DNA from: Atractiella rhizophila
Taxonomy: Eukaryota
Assembly: GCA_021432655.1 (NCBI GenBank)
Contig: MU271397.1
Span: forward strand, 54,366 to 74,365
Length of the DNA: 20,000 nt
Direction of reading: 5' to 3'
The notes beneath the pieces are model-generated. The model made no database searches. It worked only from the letters and a program-made list of their open reading frames with translations, and was not told where the DNA came from. Made by a program: the position numbers and the translations under genes. Shown one piece after another: positions 1-10,026 of the stretch; position 1 is the stretch's first letter, and each line of letters opens with the position of its first letter.

Positions 1-1465
1 ACTCGCTGTCCACCTGCTCCTTTAACATTCGCGACGTCTTCGCCTCGCTCCAAAAATTTCCAGTTCGAGAAGGACGATGTCGATAAGTGGGAGAACGACG
101 TCGCAGAGTTGAAGTTTAAAGGCATCAGAGACAACTTGTTAGGTGAGGGAAGGCACTCCCAGGTCTACGTCGGTGGGTACACGTCCGTTTCCGGCGCTGG
201 AGGAGCAGGGAAAGGATGGAAACTTTGCGCTGTGAAGAGGAACTTTCAGGACGAGGACAGCATCGCTAGCAGCGTGAACGAAATCAAAATTCTCCGTCGC
301 CTTTCTCGCTCTCAAGACGGAAAAAGAGGAGTCATGCGCTTTCTTGGGGTCTGGGAGGAGACGGAAGATGGAGGGGTCAAGCCTTGGGGGAGGGAAGGTA
401 CGACGGACGCGGGAAACCTACTCATCATCCTCCCTTTGTACTCCTTGGGCACACTCCAAGCTTTTCGAGAGAACCATCCCAAGTTCCTCAACCGCCATTG
501 GTTCCGCTCCTTCGCACTCGACCTCGTCTCCGCTGTTCGATATTTACACTCCCTCCACATTCTACATGCTGACATCAAGAGTGGAAACGTAATGGTCTGT
601 ATTTCACCTTTTATTCATCAAGCACCTTGAAAGAGTAGCAAAATAATGGAATGCTGGACAGGTCGACAACTCGCTCCACCTAGTCTTATCCGATTTCTCG
701 CTCTCACTTCATCTGCCTCCTTCCCAGCCCCCTCTCCTAGATCCCTTGGGCCTCGGAACTCTCGAATACTCGCCTCCAGAGCTCCTTCACCCAGCCCCCT
801 CACCAGTAACGCTCGCGTCAGACGTCTTCTCGCTCGGTGTCACCATAGGTTGTTTGCTCTTCCAGAAGGAACCCTACACATCTGTTCGCATACGGACGGA
901 AAAGGTTTTGCGTGTTTCCAGGGGGGAATACTGGGATTTTCACGAGCGGAAAAGGATCGCGTTCGAGGAGGATTCTGGCAGCTCGTGTTACTCCCCACCC
1001 CTGCGCTCTACCGATGGAAAGAGCCTGAGTAGGAACGGAAGCGTCAAGAGCTACAGCGCATTCAGTCCTATTCTGTCCTCGGAAAGGGATGTGGATTTTG
1101 GAGGAGAGGAGGCGGCACGGATCAGGAGGGTCTTGAGCGCCAGAAGGTTGGAGAAGGACTTGGGCTTGCCTCCATCCGTCCCTCCTTGTGGTAATTCCAG
1201 CGACAACCCCGGAAGGACGAGGCCGACGACATGCCAGCATCCCCACTTCTGCTTAGTGGACGGCGTGAAAGGAGAAGAGGAAGAGGAGCTATGCGAAGAA
1301 GCCCACGGCGCGACATATAAGGACGGAAGCCCACTCGCTTGGTTTCCTGCTGGTGATGCGATACCCGGTTGGGCGAGGAAGCTTGTGTGGAAGTGTACGA
1401 GGGAGAAGGCTGAGGAGAGGTGGGATGCCGGCGAGGCATTAGAATTTTTGGAGAAACACCGTTGA
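1..1465 (+). CDS. Atypical Ser/Thr protein kinase, 5'-truncated by the window edge; exons <1-594 and 662-1465
   Basis: Frame open from base 1. Kinase motifs LLGEGRHSQVY, CAVK, alphaC NEIKIL, HADIKSGN; GT-AG intron 595-661 (GTCTGT...CAG) joins in phase 0 to VDNSLHLVLSDFSLS...GLGTLEYSPPE, SDVFSLGV and subdomain XI ERWDAGEAL; TGA ends at 1465. Confidence 0.9.
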
Positions 1466-1879
1466 GTTTCATATAATGTCGATCACGATTCACAAGTCAC
1501 AAAGAAGTTGTCAAGTGTAGATGTAGCCCTGTTGCAGTAAGACTCTGGTCAATCCATGTAGCCTCGTTAATAATTGCATTCTCGTTCAAATGTTGACGTT
1601 GCGATTGCAAACGAAATTGCGATGAAGTGAATTTCATGTGTCGAATGCAGCGGCTTCAGAATCCGAGGAGGTGACCGTTGTAAGGTTTGGGTCAGAAAGA
1701 ACAGGTTGAGCAGCCGACGTCCACTTTCATCCATCCACTTCGCTCAAATCTCTGGGGCCAGCCTCGGTGGCCGCACAAGTGTCTCTGACTGCCAGCCAGT
1801 TCAGCGAACGAGAAAAGGTGTGTCCCACTGCCAGCTGGCACAAAGCGAAATCGAAACGCTAACTTGAAGCGTGGAATGA

Positions 1880-4800
1880 ATGCAGATGGAGTCTCAAAGG
1901 GACTTTCGAAAATCGACGTCAAGCTGGGCGAAGCAAGACGTTCAAGCTGCTATCAACAGTAGAAGCCCAGCTGGTCGCATGGATGGTGCTACTGCAACAG
2001 TGGATGGCGAGTCTTTCCTCTTCACTGGGTTCAAATCTACTTTCGAAGAATCTCCCTCCCTCGGCTTCCCCACTCCAACTCCCACGACTCCCTCGTCTTT
2101 CCGCTCAAGATCTTCTTCAAGTGGCTCTTCATCGCCTGTTCCACTCGCTGTACCTCACATGTCGACCTATCCACTTTCTTATGCTGCTCCCTATTCTGGG
2201 TCAACTCCGACCGTAGCGTCAGTCGCCAGCTCCAGGACCTCAATCAGCACCAATAGAAGCATGACGCCGACGAGGGAATTGACATCTCCCGGGAGCAGGA
2301 CAGTGATGATGCCCATGAAAGGGGGGACGAAAACGAGGGTCAGCATGAGGACAACAAGTCCGACTGGCTCGATATCTAGCATGGGAGGAAGCGCTAATGG
2401 GTTGAACATGACTTATAACTCGAAGCAATCCTTCGACGGGGAAGTCAAAACTCCAACCGTTGATAGATATTATCACAACACCTCACCGACAAGCCCTACT
2501 GGCTCCCAATTGCCTTATGTGTCATCCATGAGGAACAGTCCACCCGCCGGTAAAGTTGTAGCAGGTGATGGGTACTATACACCGTCACACTCTCAGTCTC
2601 CTTCCATCTCATCCATGGCTTCTTCCAAATCGTCAGCGCGAAGCACGACTCCGACACTCCAGAATGCAACAATGTCCTCGTCCACGCTCTCCCACCGTAC
2701 TATGTCTTCCACCACATCTGCTTCCTCCAATTCCCACGGCCCAACTCCGCACTCTCACGACAAGCGACCCAAGACGGATTTCGAACCTGCATTCGACCCC
2801 AGAAGGGCGATGGCGCGCTCTAAGTCGCATGACCTCCTCAATGCAGCTCACGGGCTTACAAATCCGCCTCCGAGCGACATGTATCGACCTGCTTCTTCTA
2901 TCGCGTATTCCAACGGAACCGATCATCAATACTTTCACCATTCCCATCGTCCAACACCATCTGGATCCTCCGTCGCTCCACTTCCCAATGCAACGGCTAC
3001 GCGTCCGGAGTCGGGGTATAGCGATGGCAGCGAGGATGACGGATCTGCTAATGCTACACCGCGTGGTAGCGTAGCTTTTGGTTTCGGTCAATCGAACCGG
3101 AATTCTGTCGCTTCGGTCTTGGACTTGATGAATGGTGGTCAAGGGAAGGATGAGGAAGAAGAGTCGAGCACAAGGGTCGATTTCTTTGCGCCAAAGTTGA
3201 ATTTGGAACTGGATTTCGGCGGATTGAGCTTGGGTTGGGATGATGACAAGAGCGACAATAAGGGTCTAATGACGCCAAAAGCTAAAGAGGGCAACCCAAT
3301 CGGTCCGACATCAACGTCGATTCAATCCAACGAAAGCAGTTCAGGGCTGAAGAGAGGTGCTAGTGTGAAGAGACGACCCACGGTGAAGGCGACGGGAGCA
3401 TCTATAGGTCATACATCCACTCCATCGACTGCTTCGACGGTGTCAACCTTTCTTGGGACTGGAGAAAAGGGTAAAGGAAGCGCGCGACCGTCGGACCCAA
3501 CCGAATATCGTTCGACGCGCTCTCGAGGCTATTCCTCTGGAGCCAGTTCACTGTTGGACTTAAAGCTCCCATCTGAGTCCCGAGATGACGATTTGTGGTC
3601 GCTGGACCTGTTTGACAACAAGAAGAGTGCAAACGGGACTGTCAAGGTCAAATCACCCACATCTCGAATCCCAGTACCCAAAATTCCAGAGGGTGTTTAC
3701 GACAATCCTTCAGCCAGCCTTTCCCATTCCCGTTCTTCTTCTGAAACGCCTAAATCATCTCTCTCACACGAAACCTCCACCAACTTCACCGTCGATCAAA
3801 TGACGAACCGACCTCCAGCGGAGGCGGAAAGACCGGATTCTCGAGCTTCCCTTCGATCGGCTTTCATGATCAAAACAACTTCTGCTACCTCTGCTGAAAC
3901 CGCTACAATGTCTAGAAATGGTCATAAACCCTTGGATCGATCGAGGACTCCTTCGCTTTCTTCCCTACTTTCCCTCTCCAGACTCACTAAACAAGATCCA
4001 GCGTCGTCCATGATGAATGGCAACAGTAATGGAAGTCCTGCAACGGTCGACACTCGTTCTATTAACTCGTCCAATTCTTCGCTGTCACCATCTCGATCCA
4101 CCGAAGGAACAGCAACGACGAAGACCAACTTCTTTTCAAAAATATCTTCAAATGCACTCACGAAGAGGAGGAAGAGTGGGACGAGCATGATCAGCATCTC
4201 TGATAGCTATACAGGAGACGACGCCTCTGGGAGTTCCAGAGATGCGCATCCTTCGGACAAGAGCACCTTCAGTAGGCAGAATCTGAAGGCATCGATCAAA
4301 AAGTTCACGCTGGAACCTCCTACACCGTTGAACCTTGTTCGGCCCAAAAGCCCTGGTGCCGGTCTAAGTCTCAACAAGTCTCTTCCGCCTACTCCTACCC
4401 CCATACATGATCAAGGCGATCGAGAGGATGAGGACAAGGGGAAAGAACGCGGTGGCTTGAAGAGAGGACTCTCAAGGATGCGAAAAAAGAGTGAGAACGT
4501 TCTGGGTGGCCTGAAGAATGCCGCCGTTGCTGCAGCTGCCGCTGCTGCTAATGCTACAAATTCGAACCAACCGGAAGCGATGCCACCTCGCCCTAAAACT
4601 CCAGACCATCTAAGTCAGTTTCCGATGGGGAAGAAGGCATTTTCGAAGTCCTCGACGAACTTGGAATCAGGGGTTGCCGCTGAAGACAAGGAAAGACCCC
4701 CGTTGCGAGAAATCAAGACCAGTGCAGCAAGCGTGGTTTCGTCTATCGGGAAAGCAGGCAGTAAGGCTGTGAAAGCGGTGAGAAAAAACTCTCTCGGACT

Positions 4801-7800
4801 TGAACGTCAAATGAGAGAGTCTCAGCAAGTGTGTTTGTTCATCCCAGATTGGATCGTGCTGAATCTGTTTTGTTAGGAACGCTCCGTAGTCACAAACAGG
4901 CGCCCTTCGCTTGCTTCATCCGCCACATCTTCCGATGGCTCAGATCCAGGACGGACCTCCCTAGATGACGAGGGAGCAACCGTCTTTGTCGCAGCACGTG
5001 TGGACCGAGTGACACCTTCCCCTGTGCCCTCTATTGCTCCTCTATCAGCCGTGCGAGCTTCGGTCTCTCCAGTTCTAATTCAACGTGAGCGCGCCATTAC
5101 CACCAACTCCATTCGCAGCTCTGGCTCCGGGTCTGATGTGACGCCGGCTCAAGTTCTGGATCGGAAGAAAAGAACCAGGACTGCTGATTCAGGTCTCGGA
5201 TCCGATGGATCGATGTCTTCGGCTTGGTTGGATATCGAAGAAGCAATGAGCAATTTTGCTAAGCAAGGAAGCAATGAACGTGGTAGTGTCGTCTCTAATT
5301 CCTTACTTCCTTTTATCAAGAAGGAAGAATTGCGGCTCAATTATCGACCCGATGAACGACTGGCCAAACGTCAACGAGAGATACTGTTTGGATGGCTAGA
5401 TATGCTTCATCAAGAGTTGCAGCAAGTGCAACCTAGCCATCGCGGGGCTTGTCTAGAGGCTGCAGCCGGAATCCTAGAATGGTAATGTCTTCGATTTTTT
5501 TATACGATGCTGAAAGGTCTTCCCAGTCGATACCTTAGCGCCGCAACCATGAACGAGGATGAAATGGGAGAGGAACGGTTCAAGACAATAATCGTCAGAC
5601 TCATTGCTTGGGCGATTGACAAGTTGAACGATAAAGGTGAACCGCTCCCTGCCTTGACCTACTGTAACTTATAAAGCATCCTTAGCTGTGTATGCAAATA
5701 CCCTAGTCTTTGCTGGACGACTTTTTGGTATGTCACAGTCTCGTTGTCGTCACAGCTGACGAGTGTTGTAGCTCTTGCATTCTTTCGTATCGACGGAGTG
5801 GCTTTGAAGTTACTCCGAGCACTCCCTCCTGTGAAAAGAGGTTCCCTTCGGCGTATACTCGGTGAAGCTGGTTTGGATGAAACAGACCTACCACCAGTAG
5901 AGCCAGAGCTCTTTCCGCGACATTTATGGAGGTTATGTTATCGCAACTTCAATTCTTATTTCAGCACATTTAATGTGAACAGAAATAATCCCGATCCAGA
6001 AGATGATGGATACCTCATTAGACACGAAGATATCGTGGTGGAAATGAATGGGAATTGGTACGCTAGCGTCTGCCCTATCATCTCTCTCCTATTGATTCAC
6101 CCGACAGGCTGTTACGATGGACAGCTTCTGATTCCGACCTACCTTTTGCCTTCCTTCGTGCTTACCATCGCCAACTAGCGAGATACCTCTATCCCGATGA
6201 TGTTTTCCACGACAAGATGGATGTCGATCATCCTTCTGAGTACATCGGGGCTCCCGGGTTCTTGTTTCTCGCTGCTTCTCTCATGGATAAAGTCGATGCC
6301 CTTATTCGACGCAATCTTCGGTCCGTTACGTCAATCAGTCCAAGCAACAATGTCAACGCCACCGAGTCGGCCAATCTCACTATGGGCCAAAAACCGAAAG
6401 TCCTCGAACTAGCCAACCGTCGTCTAGTATCGACTATTCTCGACATCATTGGAGGTCAGCCTACAAATGAGGAAACGGAAGAAGAGGATAAAAATACTGA
6501 TCCCCGCAATCGGCATAGACTCTTTGGAGGTATGCTGAAAGTGTGGATTAAAGCTGTTGTGAAGCGGACTAGCCTCTGGGATACTCGTGGAGTTTTCCTC
6601 CTACTCGACTGGATAGAGGGCCTCATCTACACAATCTGTTTTGTGCCCTTGCCCAAAGGTGTTGACCCTCCGCCCCCACAGGTGCCAGTCCCAGAGAGCG
6701 TTGAGCTGTTCGACATCCTATTTATTCTGTCTTTTATCAAAACCATTTTGATGGAAGCGGACAACACTGTCTGCCTCATGCGCACCATTGCATTTCTCTA
6801 CGCCCACTTCGAGGTGTAAGCTTACCCCGTTGTTCTTGGAAGGAATAATCTCACCCGTGTGCCCAGGTTGACCTTGAGGAAGCAAGACAGGGAAGAATTG
6901 TGTGAGAAGATGCTTTTGGACAGAGCTCTGTTCCAACGTCTTTTCCTGTCCTTCAACGTCGGTGTTCGAGGATATTTCCAACGCCTCATGGTCTGGAGAC
7001 TCAGTCGAATAGGTGTAGCCGCTGGTGATAATATTCAGCAGCAGCGCGACCCACAAGTTCTCAAGATCTTTGCCATCTTCAACATGCGACTTGAGGCAGT
7101 TCGTCGTCGGCATGACGAAATTGATCCCATACCAGACCTTCCAGAAGACGGCCTCGATGACCCCTTCCGACCGAAACGAAGCACCATTTGCTCAACTCGG
7201 GGTGTGAAAGAGGTGGACTGGGTCGTGGATGAATTGGAGATTCCAGATGTTGAGGTGACGGTGGATGAAGAAGAACTCCCCCCTGCACCCCTCGATCTCA
7301 TCCCCATAAAGCCTAAGAGGGAGAAGGAGAAAAAAGCTGTTAACATGGCTGCAGTGGTATCGTGGCTCAAAATCCTCAACCCCAGAAAAGGCGGCACCAA
7401 AAGAGGAGATGATCCGCATGCCCCCATTGATCCATTCACTATCGATGGCCCACCTGCTTACGCGGAGTCAGACAAGTTTATGGACGTGACCCAGAACCCA
7501 GAACCCTCATCTTTTGAACTCCCTCAACTCCCATCCATTCCACGGACCTCGTCCTCTTCGCTAGCCCCATCGACTTCGAGGCGTACCAAACGTTCTGTCT
7601 CACCAGATATCCCAGTACCCCCAAGCCCTACATTTTTTAGCTTTGAATTTGAAGTCGACGCCCCACGATCAGATAATTTTGACCCAGCACGGTCAGCCTC
7701 AGCACTTGGAATGGATCCTGACATCGCGGTCAACCCGACACCTTTCCCTGTCGTCGGAAGCTCAACTCGGCGACAATCAGATATTCCCAAACCTTCCACG

Positions 7801-8171
7801 CCAAACCATCCCATTTCCCCTCGTGTTTCGCTTCGGTTTTCGAAACGAGTCTCCATCTTACCTCCCCCGGCACTTAACTTTTTTACTGAAGGAGGACAAC
7901 CAGTTCCACCAATACCGGATGCATTCAAGGCAGAGGAGGGATATGACAAAAGGCTTCATCAGTACGCCATTCGGAGTTTACGAGAATATGAAGAAGCGCT
8001 GGACGAGTTCGATATGCATTACTTATGGCGAGCAGAGGAAGAATCCAGTGGGAAAAAGGCAGATAATACTGTTCCTCGTCTTGCGTGCGTCCTCTTTGCC
8101 TGTGCCAATTCAACTGAATCTTACAACCATGATACAGAGTCAGCTGGCCGAATGTCTTCGACGATAGTTAA
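1880..8171 (+). CDS. DUF1765/UPF0592 family protein (related to yeast YDL073W/Ahk1) with ~1000-aa Ser/Thr/Pro-rich disordered N-terminus; about 8 exons
   Basis: ORFs 1880-4876, 5000-5485, 5744-, 6217-6819 and 6859- join through short GT-AG introns. The last intron GTGCGT...CAG ends at 8137, giving VPRLAVSWPNVFDDS* with TAA at 8169-8171. Motifs resembling DUF1765 (from memory): AGRLFALAFFRI, DILFILSFIKTILMEADNTVCLMRTIAFLYAHF, LFLSFNVGVRGYFQRLMVWRLSR, YAIRSLREY. Start codon uncertain (1880, 1886 or 1979). Confidence 0.8.
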
Positions 8172-8510
8172 AGCATCTACATTGCATATTCACTTTTCGT
8201 ACTCGTTTTCTCTCCCGTATCCAAAGAAAGTTTCGCTGGCTGTCTCTTTTTGGTTATTCCTCAGGACAATTATACCCAATCCTCAACATTTCGACGTCGT
8301 TCGTTTGATTCCGAGCTACCTCTGTTTAATACTTCCTGTAACTTGAACCCATGCTTAGTTGGACCTGTAAACAGGTGCCTTTGGGACACCGACAGCTGGA
8401 CTCATTCCCTGTGGACAATGCTGCGGGTTGGCTGTTTGTACACAATTTGAGCTGACACAGATCTGGTTACAGACGTAGAACGACAAAGCGACGCAAGTGA
8501 AAGGAGGGTA

Positions 8511-9545
8511 TCAAACGAGAAGTATCCCATTGACCACTCCATCATTTTCCTACTCATTTATCAGCGAATTCCAGGTGAATAGTGAGAGCAGAGCTCACAG
8601 GATTGTTTGTTATCTGACAATATTTGCTCCACACCACCTTGCCTCCTGTTGTGACTAGACCAAGATCGGCGACCTTTGAGCATTGTGAGCTGAGCATTCA
8701 AAACGGGTAGAGCATAGAATATACGTTGACTTCGATCACGGTTCCTTTGGTCATGACGCCTAGGGAGGTGTACATCGGAGACTGAGGATTACGCTTGACA
8801 CCAATGATGGGCAGTTGAAAAGTAGCTTTGAGCTCCGCTGGAATGGCAAAGTATTGACACCAGTTCTAGCCGATAAGTGTAGGAACTCACGATGTGTGAC
8901 GTTGGCCTTCTTGAAGCGTAGAGCGGTAGGTCTGATAAACCTTTCCAGCTTTGGCGGCTTCCTCGTGAAACCTTCGCCGACAAACGTTGCCTTGGTCACA
9001 AGTCTCTTCCACCCTTTCCGTTTCGTTTTTCCTGTCCGCACCACTTTGAAGATCTCATCCTCCGCAATCCCCCTCACCTTCGGTAAGGGAACAGCAAACT
9101 TTGCAGCCTTTTCTTTCCGCCGCTCCTTGACGGCACTCGAAAGAGCTTTGGCATCTCCTCCAGAGCCACCACGGTCGAGCAGGTAGGTGGGAAGAGCGGT
9201 GTCCGGCTCGGGAGCTGAAGATTTCGTCTTGACATCACGTTCTTCGTGTGCTTTGATAACTTTGCGCATAGCCACTTTGTTGGCGTAGCGTTGGGCATGA
9301 AGGAGTTTAGCTTTGCGGCCGTGCAGGGACTGAGCAACAGCTGAAGACTTGTGCACTTCTCGAGCTTGTCGTTTACGTTTCTTTTCTTCATAGTCGAGCC
9401 GCCGTCCATGGCGCTGGTTGCCAGTTGAACGCAGGCATAGAAATATTAGGACTAGCGTACCTTGATGTGTTCCTCGATATAATCACCTTGACCTCTCTCA
9501 GCCAATACTCTTTGTCATATCTACGAGTCACTTACCTTGCGCCAT
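8511..9545 (-). CDS. NSA2: Ribosome biogenesis protein Nsa2 (pre-60S factor); 6 exons
   Basis: Spliced: [34 protein letters not shown]...[28 protein letters not shown]...[76 protein letters not shown]. Introns 9487-9535, 9414-9460, 8838-8890, 8674-8724 and 8550-8598 all preserve frame. Confidence 0.96.
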
Positions 9546-9637
9546 CTTGTCGTGGTTGTTGGTTTTTTATGTTCGTGCTTTTGTAACTCACGTGCAGCAA
9601 AGTACAAGAATCAAAAGCTGCTTCACCAACCAACAAA
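9546..9637. promoter_or_regulatory. 92-bp bidirectional promoter region NSA2/MRP10 with central E-box TCACGTG (CACGTG 9589-9594)
   Basis: Divergent ATGs at 9545 (-) and 9638 (+); the palindromic CACGTG has 43 nt on each side; A/C-rich leaders on both strands. Confidence 0.7.
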
Positions 9638-9999
9638 ATGACGGGACTTCGTGGCCTTCCCAAATTACGCATAACTCCCAAAAAGAAAGAGACGCCCAAT
9701 CCATGTCAAGCAGAAGTGGCAGCCATGTTGGCGTGCTGGGCGTCTTCCCGCGACCTCAGCCATGAAGGGGCGTGTCGAGATTTGGTTTCTGCTCTCCAAG
9801 ACTGTATGTCAAGACAGGTGCGTTCCTCTTTGCTTAATAAACCGAAAACGGTGGGCTGAGATGTGCATACAGGCTGGTGGAAGGCGGAAGCAACGCCCAA
9901 CCATAAACTATCGTGTGTTGAACCATTCTCCCTCACTTGCTCGCCTGCTCAAGCCTCATTTCAACAGACCTTGCCCGTCTCTCACGAAACGTTCGATAA
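9638..9999 (+). CDS. MRP10: Mitochondrial small-subunit ribosomal protein Mrp10/mS37 (CHCH, twin-Cys motif); exons 9638-9817, 9873-9912, 9968-9999
   Basis: MTGLRGLPKLRITPKKKETPNPCQAEVAAMLACWASS...ACRDLVSALQDCM; two 55-nt GT-AG introns restore the family-like C-terminus RPTINYHLARLSRNVR*. Confidence 0.88.
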
Positions 10000-10026
10000 T
10001 GTTGCATATACATTTCAGTGGTCCCT

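Noticed and set aside
4520..4555. GCN-rich tract as a microsatellite
   Set aside because: Mixed-codon poly-Ala within the DUF1765 coding exon; ordinary low complexity.
312..7949. Numerous antisense and alternative-frame ORFs over the kinase and DUF1765 genes
   Set aside because: Shadow ORFs of low-complexity coding sequence with no recognisable motifs.
8086..8346. Hydrophobic C-terminal tail of ORF 6859-8346 as a membrane anchor
   Set aside because: Better explained as read-through of the GTGCGT...CAG intron; the spliced end is VPRLAVSWPNVFDDS* at 8171.
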